DNA from: Alphaproteobacteria bacterium
GTDB lineage: Bacteria > Pseudomonadota > Alphaproteobacteria > Rickettsiales > SXRF01
DNA: 64,000 nt
NCBI GenBank assembly: GCA_020049775.1
Contig: JAGVLO010000004.1
Coordinates: 139,385-203,384, forward strand
Direction of reading: 5' to 3'
Positions 37,348 through 48,535 of this stretch are shown here, piece by piece; position 1 is the stretch's first letter, and the number at the start of each line of letters is the position of its first letter. A model generated the notes under the pieces. It did no database searches, was not told the DNA's origin, and was given only the letters and a program-made list of their open reading frames with translations. Position numbers and translations under genes: made by a program.

Positions 37348-38360
37348 GATGCCAGCGGCCAGCGCGCGCGCGGCTCGAAATCCAGCCCGTCCACCATGCC
37401 ACGCTTAAAGCGTTCAAGCCCTGCCCATGCAATCATGGCGGCGTTGTCGGTGCATAGCGCCAGTGGCGGTGCAACCAGCGACAGGCCATATTCATTAATG
37501 ACGGACGACAGCCTGCCGCGCAAATACTGGTTGGCGGCAACACCGCCTGCCAGCACAAAATGTTTGCCGTTCGGGTAGAGTTTAAGGAATGTGGCAATGG
37601 CGTTGCGTGTGCGGTCGGTTAGGCTTTCCGCAGCCGTATGCTGGAACGACGCGCAAATATCCGCCTTGTGTTTTTCGGTGAGTTCAACGAGTTCTTCCGC
37701 TTTCAGGCGCACGGCGGTTTTAAGTCCCGAGAAAGAAAAATCGCAGCCCTCGCGTCCTTTCATCGGCACGGGGAAATTATACGCTTTCTCATTTCCATCA
37801 CGCGCCATTTTTTCGACAGCAGGGCCGCCAGGGTAGGGCATGCCTAAAATCTTTGCGGTTTTGTCGAAGGCTTCGCCGAGCGCGTCATCCACCGTGCCGC
37901 CCAGCCTGTGGTAGCGGCCCACATCTTCCACGGCGAGGAACTGGCAATGCCCGCCCGATACCAGAAGCAATAAAAATGGAAACGGCACATCGTCGGTCAG
38001 GCGTGCGGTTAGTGCGTGGCCCTCGAGATGATTGACGGCGATAAAAGGTTTTCCGGCAACGGACGCCAGCGCCTTGCCTGTCATCACGCCCACAATCACG
38101 CCTCCGATAAGTCCCGGCCCGCCGGTGGCGGTGATGGCGTCGAGTTCGGCAAGGGTAACGCCCGCATCTTTTAGCGCCTTATCGATAACCGAATCGATAT
38201 GGTCGAGGTGCGAGCGCGCGGCGATTTCCGGTACTACGCCGCCATAAGGCTGGTGTTCGGCCACCTGCGACAGCACCACGTTGGAGAGAATCTCCTTGTT
38301 GTCCGTCACCACGGCGGCGGCGGTTTCGTCGCAACTTGTTTCTATACCCAGTATTAGCAT
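37344..38360 (-). CDS. tsaD: tRNA N6-adenosine threonylcarbamoyltransferase
   Basis: [30 protein letters not shown] and TDNAAMIA motifs. Confidence 0.97.
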   Translation of the reverse strand: MLILGIETSCDETAAAVVTDNKEILSNVVLSQVAEHQPYGGVVPEIAARSHLDHIDSVIDKALKDAGVTLAELDAITATGGPGLIGGVIVGVMTGKALASVAGKPFIAVNHLEGHALTARLTDDVPFPFLLLLVSGGHCQFLAVEDVGRYHRLGGTVDDALGEAFDKTAKILGMPYPGGPAVEKMARDGNEKAYNFPVPMKGREGCDFSFSGLKTAVRLKAEELVELTEKHKADICASFQHTAAESLTDRTRNAIATFLKLYPNGKHFVLAGGVAANQYLRGRLSSVINEYGLSLVAPPLALCTDNAAMIAWAGLERFKRGMVDGLDFEPRARWPLAS

Positions 38361-38397
38361 TATTGCCTGTACCCGTAATTTACGTTATGAAAAGGTC

Positions 38398-39324
38398 ATG
38401 CCTAACTTACCAGTAATCCTCATCGGCACAAGGAAAAGCCCGCTAGCCCTCGCTCAGGCTGAGGAAGTAAGCCGTCGTCTTTGCGCCGCCCATCCGGGTC
38501 TGGTGACCGATATTGTACCTTTTACCACCAGCGGCGACAAATTTACCGACAGGCCATTGGCCGACATCGGCGGCAAGGGGCTGTTTACCAAAGAAATTGA
38601 AGACGCACTACTGGTTGGCGATATCCATATCGCCGTGCATTCCATGAAGGATATGCCCACCATATTGCCGGAAGGCCTCATTATCAGCGCTATGCTCGAG
38701 CGCGAGGACCCGCGCGACGTGCTGATGGGCGAGGGGTTTACGTCGCTGGATGACTTGCCGAAAGGCGCCATACTGGGAACATCCTCGCTGCGGCGTGTGG
38801 CTCAGGTGAAAATGAAAAGGCCGGACGTGCAGGTTGTGCCGCTGCGCGGCAATGTGCAGACGCGCATCAATAAATTACTCACGGGCGAAATTCAGGCCAC
38901 ATTGCTGGCCAAGGCAGGCCTGAACCGTTTGGGGTTGCATGATGTGGCGGGCGCAGTGTTGCCGGTGGAGCAGTTTTTACCTGCGATAGCGCAGGGCGCA
39001 ATCGGCATTGAATGCCGCGAGTATGATGCCGAAATCCGCGAATTACTGGCTAAAGTAGGGCATAGCACCACCGAGATAACGGTGAACTGCGAACGTTCGT
39101 TTCTGCGCGCGCTGGACGGCTCATGCCGCACGCCGATTGCGGGCTATGCCACACTCGATAAGGGGCAGGTGAAACTGCGCGGGCTGATTGCAAAGCCGGA
39201 TGGTACAAAGCACCATGCCATCGAATATACTGGTGGCGTCGCCGATGCAGAAGAAATGGGATACCGCGCGGGCAAGGAACTGCTCGGCATCGCCGGAAAA
39301 GATTTCCTCACCGGTTGCAGCTGA
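38398..39324 (+). CDS. hemC: Hydroxymethylbilane synthase
   Basis: GTRKSPLALAQ, GGKGLFTKE, VHSMKD, GTSSLRR and LDGSCRTPI motifs. Confidence 0.96.
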   Translation: MPNLPVILIGTRKSPLALAQAEEVSRRLCAAHPGLVTDIVPFTTSGDKFTDRPLADIGGKGLFTKEIEDALLVGDIHIAVHSMKDMPTILPEGLIISAMLEREDPRDVLMGEGFTSLDDLPKGAILGTSSLRRVAQVKMKRPDVQVVPLRGNVQTRINKLLTGEIQATLLAKAGLNRLGLHDVAGAVLPVEQFLPAIAQGAIGIECREYDAEIRELLAKVGHSTTEITVNCERSFLRALDGSCRTPIAGYATLDKGQVKLRGLIAKPDGTKHHAIEYTGGVADAEEMGYRAGKELLGIAGKDFLTGCS

Positions 39325-39329
39325 TTTAT

Positions 39330-40235
39330 TTAGTAAGGGCTGTCTTTACCTGTGCCGATGGCTTGCAAATTGTCCCACGCTTTTTCATAAAACACTTTGC
39401 TGTTGGTAAGCGCCATGTTCAGGTAGGCCTTGGCCATCTGGTCGTTATTGGCAAGGTGGGCGTATAGCCCAAGATTGTTGTTCAACTCGTGGCCTGTGTA
39501 GTAGCGCTCGGCAAGCATGCGCGCATCCTCGAACTTATCCATAATGGCGTAAACCAGCGCCATATTCATTTCAATGCGCTTGCGGTCCGGCGAGTCACGC
39601 TCTGTGAGGTTGGAGGCCTCTTGCAGGCTGGTGATGGAATTTTCGTACTGGCGCTCCAGTGCCTGCGACAGGCCGATATTATTCATGATGGAGGGGCTGG
39701 ACGGATTGTGTTTCAGCGCCTCGTCGAAATATTGCTGTGCCTCCACCTGCAGGCCGCGTGTGGTGAACAATATGCCAAGGCCGTTAAGCGTTTTCCAGCG
39801 TTTGGAATCCACGGCCATCACTTCTTCAAACAATCTGGTGGGTGTTTCGAAATCTCCGGTGGACATCAGCGCTAAGGCCTTACCTTCCTTGGCGGCAATA
39901 AGCTTATCATCCTGCTTGATAAGTGAGTCATACACGGCAATGGCGTTTGCATAGTCACCTTTTTTGCGTAAGGCATCGGCCAGCATCAGTGCGATTTCGG
40001 TATTGTCGGGTGATTTTTCCAGCAATTGCTGGTACAGCGCGGTGGCTTGCGCGTAATCACCCATTTTTTCAGCATTTTTTGCCGTTTCCAGCAGCGTGTC
40101 CTGCACGGTGGGTACTTTCGGTCCGGATAGGCCGGAGAGGAATTTTTGGCCGTCAATCGGCCCTGCGCCGCCGTTACAGGCGGCCAGAATCACTAAAAGG
40201 AGCAGCGCTCCGCGCTTGGGGGGCAGATGAAGCAT
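39330..40235 (-). CDS. TPR lipoprotein, Flp pilus TadD-like
   Basis: Lipobox LAAC, TPR helices and NNIGLSQAL/NMALVY motifs. Confidence 0.7.
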   Translation of the reverse strand: MLHLPPKRGALLLLVILAACNGGAGPIDGQKFLSGLSGPKVPTVQDTLLETAKNAEKMGDYAQATALYQQLLEKSPDNTEIALMLADALRKKGDYANAIAVYDSLIKQDDKLIAAKEGKALALMSTGDFETPTRLFEEVMAVDSKRWKTLNGLGILFTTRGLQVEAQQYFDEALKHNPSSPSIMNNIGLSQALERQYENSITSLQEASNLTERDSPDRKRIEMNMALVYAIMDKFEDARMLAERYYTGHELNNNLGLYAHLANNDQMAKAYLNMALTNSKVFYEKAWDNLQAIGTGKDSPY

Positions 40236-40293
40236 GCAATTCTTATAACGTACTATTTGCCTAAAACGCAAACTGTGATTATGGTGTTGGCTC

Positions 40294-41241
40294 ATGAGTA
40301 CAGTAAAGGCGTTCAAAAAACCATTCCCGCACCGGCATTTGCTGGGGATAGACGGGCTTTCCCGTGACGATGTGTATATGATTCTTGATCTCGCGGAGCA
40401 GTATGCTGCCAAAAATCGCGAGCCGGACAAGAAACATCCCATACTCAAGGGCCGTACGCTGATTAACCTCTTTTATGAAAATTCCACCCGCACGCGTACC
40501 TCGTTTGAGCTGGCGGGCAAGCGCATGGGCGCGGACGTTATCAATATGTCTATTTCATCTTCTTCGGTGAAGAAGGGCGAAACGCTGATAGACACCGCCA
40601 TGACGCTCAACGCCATGCACCCTGACTTTATCGCCGTGCGTCACCCCGAAAGCGGCGCTGTGCATTTGCTTGCGCGAAAGGTCGAATGCGCGGTGATTAA
40701 TGGCGGCGACGGTTGCCATGCCCACCCCACACAGGCGCTGCTCGACGCCATGACCATACGACAGCATAAGGGGAAAATCGAAGGACTTACCATTGCCATT
40801 TGCGGCGATATTTTACACAGCCGCGTGGCGCGCTCGAACATGCAGTTGCTCACGCTCATGGGCGCAAAAGTGCGTATCATCGCGCCGCCGACATTGATGC
40901 CTGCCTGCCCTGAACAATACGGGGTTGAAGTGTTTTATGACATGCGCAAGGGCTTGAAGGGCTGCGACATCATCATGATGCTGCGCCTGCAATTGGAGCG
41001 CATGGAGGGCAACTTCATCCCGTCACTGCGCGAATATTTCCACTTCTACGGACTAGACGAGGAAAAATTATCACACGCTAAACCCGATGCGCTGATTATG
41101 CACCCGGGGCCGATTAACCGCGGCGTTGAAATCGACAGCAAGCTTGCGGACGACATCAACCGCAGCGCCATCCTCCAGCAGGTGGAAATGGGTGTGGCCG
41201 TCCGGCAGGCGGTGCTGGAGCTATTATCGCATAACATATGA
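40294..41241 (+). CDS. pyrB: Aspartate carbamoyltransferase catalytic subunit
   Basis: [16 protein letters not shown] and MHPGPINRG motifs. Confidence 0.97.
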   Translation: MSTVKAFKKPFPHRHLLGIDGLSRDDVYMILDLAEQYAAKNREPDKKHPILKGRTLINLFYENSTRTRTSFELAGKRMGADVINMSISSSSVKKGETLIDTAMTLNAMHPDFIAVRHPESGAVHLLARKVECAVINGGDGCHAHPTQALLDAMTIRQHKGKIEGLTIAICGDILHSRVARSNMQLLTLMGAKVRIIAPPTLMPACPEQYGVEVFYDMRKGLKGCDIIMMLRLQLERMEGNFIPSLREYFHFYGLDEEKLSHAKPDALIMHPGPINRGVEIDSKLADDINRSAILQQVEMGVAVRQAVLELLSHNI

Positions 41242-42737
41242 CCGCACTCGCCAAGCGGTTGCAGTCTTTCCTGCACTGGGCATGCGCGGCACTGGCACTC
41301 TATTTTACCGCCTGTTTTATTCTCGTAGCATTACAGACTCTCAACTATCCATTCCACATTGAGTGGATGGAAGGGCAGGTGATTGACGTTATCCAGCGTG
41401 TGCGCGACGGCCTGCCGCTATATGCCAAGCCTTCGGTCGAATATGTGTCTTATGCATACACGCCGTATTTTTATTATGTGGGCGCGTTTGTGTCGCTGTT
41501 TACAGGTGTAGATTTTATTGCCGGAAGACTGGTGTCGTTCACGGCGGCGGTTGCTACAGGCTGGCTGATTTATCATTGGCTGCGGCGCGAAGGGAGCAGC
41601 TTGCAGGCGGGCATCATCGGCGCGGGATGCTACTTCGCCACCTACATTATCAGTGGCCGCTGGATGGATGTATCGCGCGTGGATAGTCTGTTTCTATGCC
41701 TCTCCCTTTACGGCATTTATATGTTTTATTACACTCGCGGCTGGCAGAATATATTATGTACGGTTGCCATCATGACGGCGGCCTATTTCACCAAACAAAC
41801 GGCGGTGTTGATTCTTGCGCCATGCTTTGGCGCTATGCTGCTGCTCGACCCTAAACACTGCCTGCTTACGGGTATTCTGCTTTCAATTGTTGTGGTGGCG
41901 CTTTCGCTGCTGGGGCATGTCACCACTGATGGCTGGTTCACCTTCTTTGTCTATGAACTTTCCTCTGGCCACACCATTCAGTGGCAATATCTCTACAGCT
42001 TCTGGACAAAGGACTTGTTCAAAAGCATCGGTGCTATGATGGTGATTGCCGCGCTGCTTTTGCCGTGGATATTGCTCAAGGACTGGCGCAAGGCTGTGTG
42101 GTTTGGCAGCATGCTGGCGGGGCTGGTCGGGTGCAGCTATGCGGCGCGGCTCAACTGGGGCGGCTATATCAACGTACTCATGCCCGCCTGCGCCGGTTTT
42201 GCATTTATCACCGGCCTGTCATTACTCTATGCCTCGCGCATCAACCCATGGTTTTCTAGCGCGCTCGCACTGGTGATAAGTGCGCAGCTGGCGTGGTTGT
42301 TTTATGATCCGTTCCGCTACATCCCCAATCAGGAATCCGTGGATCAGGGCAATAAATTCTTAGAGGAAATAGCCAAGCTACCCGGCGACGTGTTCATGCC
42401 GGAAGTGCAGTTTGTGCAAACCCGTGTGGGAAAGAAATCTTTCACCATGGGCATGGCGGCGCTGGATGTGTTTTATACTGACATGAAAGAAAAAAACACC
42501 ATCAAGCAGGCATTGCTCGAGGATATAAGGCAGGCCATTGCTTCGCGCCGTTTTGGTGCGGTGATACCGGGCGGTGTAGTACCTGCGCCAGGCATCTCCA
42601 AGCAATACCAGTTTTCGCATTCACTGCGCTACCCCAAGGAATATGTGACGGTAACGCGTAATTTCCTGAAGCGTGATGTGTATCTTCCCATCCCGCAGGC
42701 CATCCCGCAGGCCAATCCTCAAGTGGAGGCGCAATGA
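41238..42737 (+). CDS. ArnT/GT39-like (GT-C) membrane glycosyltransferase, paralog 1
   Basis: [19 protein letters not shown] and YFTKQT motifs; about 11 TM segments. Confidence 0.7.
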   Translation: MTALAKRLQSFLHWACAALALYFTACFILVALQTLNYPFHIEWMEGQVIDVIQRVRDGLPLYAKPSVEYVSYAYTPYFYYVGAFVSLFTGVDFIAGRLVSFTAAVATGWLIYHWLRREGSSLQAGIIGAGCYFATYIISGRWMDVSRVDSLFLCLSLYGIYMFYYTRGWQNILCTVAIMTAAYFTKQTAVLILAPCFGAMLLLDPKHCLLTGILLSIVVVALSLLGHVTTDGWFTFFVYELSSGHTIQWQYLYSFWTKDLFKSIGAMMVIAALLLPWILLKDWRKAVWFGSMLAGLVGCSYAARLNWGGYINVLMPACAGFAFITGLSLLYASRINPWFSSALALVISAQLAWLFYDPFRYIPNQESVDQGNKFLEEIAKLPGDVFMPEVQFVQTRVGKKSFTMGMAALDVFYTDMKEKNTIKQALLEDIRQAIASRRFGAVIPGGVVPAPGISKQYQFSHSLRYPKEYVTVTRNFLKRDVYLPIPQAIPQANPQVEAQ

Positions 42738-44221
42738 AGCTTGGCTTTGGTGATATGCGTCATTTCCACCTGATGCTGGAGTGGTCACTGCTGTTGTCGG
42801 CAGGTTTCTTTGCCCTAAGTTTTATCTGGGTAGCTGTGCAGTCGATGGCGTTTCCTTTTCCACTGGAATGGATGGAAGGGCAGAGCATTGACGTCATCGG
42901 CCGCGTACTGGATGGCAAGCCGCTCTATACCGCGCCTTCGGTGGATTATGTGCCGCTGATATACCCGCCCTATTATTATTACGTAAGTGCGCTGGTGGCG
43001 TATTTCACGGGTCTGGGTTTTCTTCCCGCAAGGTTGGTGGCAACACTGGCGACGCTGGGCTGCTCGGCTATCATTTACCTGTGGCTGCGCAAGGAAAACA
43101 TAGGTTGGAAAATAGCGCTGGTGGGGGCATGTTTGTTCCTTGCTACATACCGCTTGAGTGGCCGTTGGTTTGATATGGCGCGGGTTGACAGTTTGTTTTT
43201 GTTCCTGACACTGGCGGGACTTTATATATTCGTCCATGGCCGCGGCATGATGAATGCTTTTTGCGCGGCTGCGCTTTTGTGTTTTGCATTTTTTACCAAG
43301 CAGACGGCGCTGATGATAGCCGCGCCCGTACTGGCGGCGATGGTCTTCACCAACTGGTATCATGCGGCAACTACGGCAGGCATGCTTGCCGCCATGGTCG
43401 GGCTGGGCGTTATTATCCTGAACACGTTATCCGACGGCTGGTTTGGATTTTATATTTTTACCCTGCCTGCTGCGCATGAGTTTGACCAACCCATGTGGTG
43501 GCGTTTCTGGTTTATTGATATATTCGGGTATGTAGGCATCTTTTTTCTGATGATGCTTGCCGTCATCGGTCATATGTTTTTGCACGACCGCCGCAAAAGC
43601 CTGCTCTATCTCGGGCTGGCGGCGGGCTTTATCGGCGCGAGTTATATGTCGCGCATGCATTCCTACGGCTACATCAATGTGCTGATGCCGATGCACGCCT
43701 TTCTTGCGCTCATGGCGGGCTTGTCGCTGGCCGTGATTACGCGGCTTAATAATGCCCATCACTGGCTGACTATCGGGGCGATGCTGGTGATGATTGAGCT
43801 TTCCACTCTCATGTATAGTCCCACCCGCCAGATTCCTGATGATGAGGCGCTGGCGGCGGGCAACCGCTTCCTTGAGCAGCTGGCGGCTTACCCGGGTGAA
43901 GTGCTGATGCCGGAAATCCAGTTTATTCAAACGCGTATAGGCAAGCCCTCGCAGGCGCTCGGCATGGCGGCTTTTGACCTGATGCGCCCTGATTTGGGTG
44001 AGAAAAACCATATTAAGCAGGAATTCCACAAACAATTGAAGGAAGCCGTGGCCGGCGGCCGATTTTCGGCCATTATCCCTGGCCGGATATACAGGATTCC
44101 CGGGCTTGAACAATATTATGCGCGCGAGCGCAATCTTGAGTATATGCAGCGTTTTGTCGGGGGAGCTATCAGTATGCAGCCCACCGTCATCTACCGCCCC
44201 ATCCGGCAAAGCGCGCCATGA
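42734..44221 (+). CDS. ArnT/GT39-like (GT-C) membrane glycosyltransferase, paralog 2
   Basis: EWMEG, YPPYYY, WFDMARVDSL and FFTKQT motifs; ATGA overlap with paralog 1. Confidence 0.7.
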   Translation: MKLGFGDMRHFHLMLEWSLLLSAGFFALSFIWVAVQSMAFPFPLEWMEGQSIDVIGRVLDGKPLYTAPSVDYVPLIYPPYYYYVSALVAYFTGLGFLPARLVATLATLGCSAIIYLWLRKENIGWKIALVGACLFLATYRLSGRWFDMARVDSLFLFLTLAGLYIFVHGRGMMNAFCAAALLCFAFFTKQTALMIAAPVLAAMVFTNWYHAATTAGMLAAMVGLGVIILNTLSDGWFGFYIFTLPAAHEFDQPMWWRFWFIDIFGYVGIFFLMMLAVIGHMFLHDRRKSLLYLGLAAGFIGASYMSRMHSYGYINVLMPMHAFLALMAGLSLAVITRLNNAHHWLTIGAMLVMIELSTLMYSPTRQIPDDEALAAGNRFLEQLAAYPGEVLMPEIQFIQTRIGKPSQALGMAAFDLMRPDLGEKNHIKQEFHKQLKEAVAGGRFSAIIPGRIYRIPGLEQYYARERNLEYMQRFVGGAISMQPTVIYRPIRQSAP

Positions 44222-44245
44222 GCAATAAAAAACATCACAATCCGT

Positions 44246-44274
44246 TTGACAAGCAGCAGGCCTCTGCCGATTAT
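44246..44274 (+). promoter_or_regulatory. Putative internal sigma70 promoter for pyrC
   Basis: TTGACA-N17-GATTAT; AAGGAG RBS before the TTG at 44308. Confidence 0.45.
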
Positions 44275-44307
44275 CTGGCAAGTTCCGCCTTTTAAGGAGA
44301 CACGTCG

Positions 44308-45639
44308 TTGAAACAGCATTTTGCACTCCCCACCCACCAGAATAATCCTGATAAAAAGGTGGCCTATATCAATGCCCGCCTCTTTGACCCCGAATCAGGG
44401 CTGGATGCCAAGGGTGCGCTGCTCACGATTGGCGACAGCATTGCCGATTTCGGCCCTGCCTTGTTCAAGGACGGCGTGCCTACAGGCGTGGAAGTGGTGG
44501 ATTGCAAGGGGCATTTGCTTTCGCCCGGACTGCTCGACATTCAGGTGCATTTTCGTGAGCCGGGTCAGGAATACAAGGAAACCATTGCCACCGGCAGCAG
44601 GTCTGCCGCAGTTGGTGGCGTTACTACGGTGGCCTGCATGCCAAACACCAAGCCGGTGATTGACGATATTGCGCTGGTCGCCTTTATCCACAAGCGCGCG
44701 CGTGAAACGGCGTATGTAAATGTACGCACCTATGCCGCTATCACCAAAGGCCAGAAGGGTGAGGAAATCACCGAAATGGGCCTGCTGAAAGAAGCGGGCG
44801 CGGTCGGCTTTACCGATGACGGTCTGCCGGTGATGAATTCCGGCGTCATGCGCAAGGCCTTTGCCTATGCGCGCGAGCTGGGCGTTCCTGTGGCGCAACA
44901 TGCCGAGGATTTGAACCTTTCCTGCGGCACGTGCATGAACGAAGGAAGAATTTCCGCGCAGCTGGGCGTGAGTGGCGTACCCAACGCGGCCGAAGCGATT
45001 ATTGTCGAGCGCGACATATTGCTCGCCGAGCTGACGGGCGCGCAATACCATGTGCTGCATATTTCAACAGCAGAGGCGATTGACGCCGTGCGCCGCGCCA
45101 AGAAAAAAGGCCTGCGCGTGACCGCCGAGGCCGCGCCGCACCATTTTACCCTCACCGACGAGGCCGTGCTGGAATACCGCACTTTTAGCAAAATGAACCC
45201 ACCGCTGCGCGCCGAGAAAGACCGGCTTGCTGTGATTGATGGTCTTGTTGACGGCACGATTGACGCCATCGCCACCGACCATGCGCCGCACGATCAGGAA
45301 AGCAAGCGCGTGCCGCTGGCGTCTGCGTCTTACGGTATTGTCGGGCTAGAAACCATGTTGCCGCTGTCGCTGTCACTCTACCACAAAGGTATCATGCCGC
45401 TGCGCGCTGTCATGGCGGCGATGACGTATAAACCCGCCGACATCATCCATATCGATTCCGGCCGCATGAAAAAAGGCGCACGCGCCGACCTCACGCTGAT
45501 TGACCTGAACGCCGAATGGACAATGGACCCCAAGCAGTTTGCCAGCAAATCACTCAATTCACCGTTTGATGACTGGCCAGTTAAAGGTCGCGCTATCCGC
45601 ACCATCGTTGGCGGCGACACGGTATATACGCTGGATTGA
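44308..45639 (+). CDS. pyrC: Dihydroorotase
   Basis: REPG, MPNTKP, HVLHIST, KMNPPLR and ATDHAPH motifs. Confidence 0.94.
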   Translation: MKQHFALPTHQNNPDKKVAYINARLFDPESGLDAKGALLTIGDSIADFGPALFKDGVPTGVEVVDCKGHLLSPGLLDIQVHFREPGQEYKETIATGSRSAAVGGVTTVACMPNTKPVIDDIALVAFIHKRARETAYVNVRTYAAITKGQKGEEITEMGLLKEAGAVGFTDDGLPVMNSGVMRKAFAYARELGVPVAQHAEDLNLSCGTCMNEGRISAQLGVSGVPNAAEAIIVERDILLAELTGAQYHVLHISTAEAIDAVRRAKKKGLRVTAEAAPHHFTLTDEAVLEYRTFSKMNPPLRAEKDRLAVIDGLVDGTIDAIATDHAPHDQESKRVPLASASYGIVGLETMLPLSLSLYHKGIMPLRAVMAAMTYKPADIIHIDSGRMKKGARADLTLIDLNAEWTMDPKQFASKSLNSPFDDWPVKGRAIRTIVGGDTVYTLD

Positions 45640-45646
45640 AGGACGT

Positions 45647-46660
45647 ATGAAATACGACATTATCGGTGATATTCACGGCCATGCAGATGAGCTGGAAGAA
45701 TTGCTCGCCAAGCTTGGCTACAGCAAGAATGACAAGGGCGTCTATACATCCGGCGACCCGAACCGGCAGGCAATTTTTGTCGGCGATTTTGTTGACCGCG
45801 GCCCGAGGCAGTTCCACGCTATCGAGATAGCAAAAGACATGGTGGAAAACGGCTACGCGCAGGCCGTTATGGGCAACCACGAGCTTAATGCAAGCATGTA
45901 TCATACCCATGTGGAAAAGGATGGCCAGTTGGTCCCGCTGCGCGCGCACAGCGAAAAAAACAACCACCAGCACCGCGTGTTTCTTGAAGCGCAGAAAACT
46001 GACCCTGTGCGTGCGCGCAGGAACATTGACTGGGTAAAAAAACTGCCGCTCTTTCTAGAGCTGGAAGGCGTACGGGTGGTGCATGCGGTGTTTGACCAAA
46101 ACGAGATAGACCTTCTCAGGAAAGGCGGCGTGATTGATGATGAAAACCGCATTCGTCCTGACCAGTGGGAAGTTATTGCGGATTATAAAGCGCCGCTTGG
46201 CCGTGCGGTTGAACGCCTGACCAAGGGTATTGAAGTGGACCTGCCGGAGGGCGTCAGCTATCAGGATGCCGAGGGCATTGTGCGTACGCAGGGGCGCATT
46301 AAATGGTGGGTGGATTTAAACGACAAGGCATCACTTACCCTTGATAAAATTGTGATGGACGTGCCGGAGGGATCGATTCCTGCTGCGCCGGTGCCTGCCG
46401 ACATACTGCAACTTATGGAGCGGGCGCAGCATGGCAATACGCCCATATTCTTCGGCCATTACTGGCAGAAGGGCGAAACACCTGCTATCGAAATTCCGGG
46501 TGCTATCTGTATTGACCAGAGCATTGCCAAGGGCGGCCATCTTGCGGCAGCGACAGTGACAGTGGAAAAGGGTATGGTACAGGATATTGCTTTTACGTCT
46601 GTTAAAAGCAAGGCGAAAGCTGCGGGACATACGGCAACACACGGTGCAACGAGAGGATGA
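45647..46660 (+). CDS. Calcineurin-like metallophosphoesterase (ApaH/PrpE-like)
   Basis: IGDIHG, GDFVDRGP, MGNHE and FFGHYW motifs. Confidence 0.85.
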   Translation: MKYDIIGDIHGHADELEELLAKLGYSKNDKGVYTSGDPNRQAIFVGDFVDRGPRQFHAIEIAKDMVENGYAQAVMGNHELNASMYHTHVEKDGQLVPLRAHSEKNNHQHRVFLEAQKTDPVRARRNIDWVKKLPLFLELEGVRVVHAVFDQNEIDLLRKGGVIDDENRIRPDQWEVIADYKAPLGRAVERLTKGIEVDLPEGVSYQDAEGIVRTQGRIKWWVDLNDKASLTLDKIVMDVPEGSIPAAPVPADILQLMERAQHGNTPIFFGHYWQKGETPAIEIPGAICIDQSIAKGGHLAAATVTVEKGMVQDIAFTSVKSKAKAAGHTATHGATRG

Positions 46661-47367
46661 AGATGTCGGTAAATCCTATTATTGTTGCTCTTGATACGAC
46701 GGATGTAAAATATGCATGTCGTTTGTCATCGCAATTATCAGAACATGTTGGAGCAGTGAAATTAGGTCTAGAGTTTTTTACCGCTCATGGTTCGGCAGGT
46801 GTAAGAGAAATAGCTAAGACTGGTATGCCGATTTTTCTTGACCTCAAATTCCACGATATTCCAAACACAGTGGCAAAAACCATTCGAGCGCTTAGCAGCC
46901 TGAAGGTATTTATGTTCACCATTCATACTTCTGGTGGGAAAGCAATGATGGAAGCGGCTGCTAAGGCGATAAGTGAAACTTTTCTTTATGATAATCCGCC
47001 TTCAGTGGTAGGGGTAACGATGCTAACAAGTCTTGACGAGGGCGATCTTAAAACGATTGGTATGTCAGATGGCATTTCAGGTCAGGTGGAAAGACTTGCC
47101 AAATTAGCGCAGAAATCCGGGCTGAATGGAGTGGTGTGTTCAGCACATGAGATTGAAACTTTGCGCAAAGTTTGTGGACCAAGTTTTAAACTTGTAGTGC
47201 CAGGCATCCGCCCAGAAGGTAGCCTTAATAGCGATCAGAAACGCGTGATGACGCCTCGTGAAGCACTACGGAAAGGTGCAAATTATCTTGTAATTGGACG
47301 CCCTATTACGGAAGCAAATGACCCTGTATGGGCAGTAAAAGAGATTATTACTAGCATCGCGGCTTAA
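46657..47367 (+). CDS. pyrF: Orotidine-5'-phosphate decarboxylase
   Basis: IVALD, FLDLKFHDIPNTV, PGIRP, DQKRVMTP and GRPI motifs. Confidence 0.97.
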   Translation: MKMSVNPIIVALDTTDVKYACRLSSQLSEHVGAVKLGLEFFTAHGSAGVREIAKTGMPIFLDLKFHDIPNTVAKTIRALSSLKVFMFTIHTSGGKAMMEAAAKAISETFLYDNPPSVVGVTMLTSLDEGDLKTIGMSDGISGQVERLAKLAQKSGLNGVVCSAHEIETLRKVCGPSFKLVVPGIRPEGSLNSDQKRVMTPREALRKGANYLVIGRPITEANDPVWAVKEIITSIAA

Positions 47368-48431
47368 GCTGCGCGCCCCGTAAGGCGTTGTGAACGCCAG
47401 CGGGCAATAATGGCTAGCAGCGCCTTTTCAATATTCTCGCTCACACCATCAATCGAATATTTGGTTTTTGCCTTGGCAAAGGCGTTGGCGGCGAGGTCGT
47501 CGGCAAGGCGCGTGCTGTCGAGCAGCTTTGCCAGCGCGTCGGCCATTTCCACAGCGTCGCTTTTCTTTACAATCAGCGCGTCGAAATTCGGGGTGATGAA
47601 GTCACGCGGGCCTTCGCTATCGGTGGAAACCACCGGCACGCCGTGGATGAAGGACTCCAGCAGCACGATGCCAAACGGCTCATGCAGCGACGGCAGGCAG
47701 AAAATATCAATGCCATGGAAAAAGCCGCGCTTGTCTTCAATCCAGCCGGGGAACATCAGTATTTTGTCCAGCCCTGCGGTAGATGCTTTCTTTTTCAGCG
47801 CCGCTTCTTCAACGCCGTTACCGCCGATGGCGGCGCGGAACTGGTAGCCGCGGTTTTTCAATATGGTGATGGCGTCGATGAAAACATCAAAGCCTTTTTT
47901 CTTCACAAAACGTCCCATAGTGCCAATCATGGGCGGCTGGTGGCGCGGGCCGCGGTGCGGCAGCTCGTGACAGCGCACCATGTTGGGGATAAGGAATATG
48001 CGGTCTTCCGCCACGCCCTGCTTGGCTACGAATTTTATCAAATCCTGCGTGGTGGCGAATGCGCCGTCAGCTTCCGTCAGTTTGCGCACGCGCGCGTTAT
48101 AATTATGGGCGATGCCGACCAGCGGGCAAAAACCGTTGATGGCTTTGCGCGCCAGTATGAATGCGCGGCTGGCATGGCCGATAACAACGTCCGGCGCGAG
48201 TATCTGCAATTGCTGGCGCAGCTTGCGCACGGCGAAAATATCCCACTCGCCCAGATTTTTCATGTGGAGTGTGTCAATGCCCAGCGCCTTGAGGTCGGTG
48301 TTGATGGGCGCTTCAGGGTGGGTGATGGCGGTAATGCGGTGGCCGCGATGCAGCAGCCCTTCGCAGTAATCGACAAAGGCCTGCTCTATGCCGCCGGAGT
48401 TACAGCTGAACATGATATTGACAATATGCAC
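47364..48431 (-). CDS. Glycosyltransferase family 4
   Basis: GGIEQ, GRFVKKKG and PSLHEPFGIVLLE motifs. Confidence 0.9.
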   Translation of the reverse strand: MHIVNIMFSCNSGGIEQAFVDYCEGLLHRGHRITAITHPEAPINTDLKALGIDTLHMKNLGEWDIFAVRKLRQQLQILAPDVVIGHASRAFILARKAINGFCPLVGIAHNYNARVRKLTEADGAFATTQDLIKFVAKQGVAEDRIFLIPNMVRCHELPHRGPRHQPPMIGTMGRFVKKKGFDVFIDAITILKNRGYQFRAAIGGNGVEEAALKKKASTAGLDKILMFPGWIEDKRGFFHGIDIFCLPSLHEPFGIVLLESFIHGVPVVSTDSEGPRDFITPNFDALIVKKSDAVEMADALAKLLDSTRLADDLAANAFAKAKTKYSIDGVSENIEKALLAIIARWRSQRLTGRAA

Positions 48432-48535
48432 TTGTATAAACCTGCAGGGACTTAAGGGTGTTACTCTTTGGCCTTTACTTTCGCTACCTGCGGTGCCAAT
48501 TTCAAACCTAATAGCAACCCCTTACACCTTTTTAT

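Noticed and set aside
42688-42714. 12-bp tandem repeat (IPQAIPQA) at the end of a GT gene
   Set aside because: Only two in-frame copies in a disordered tail; most likely simple slippage, with no sign of phase variation
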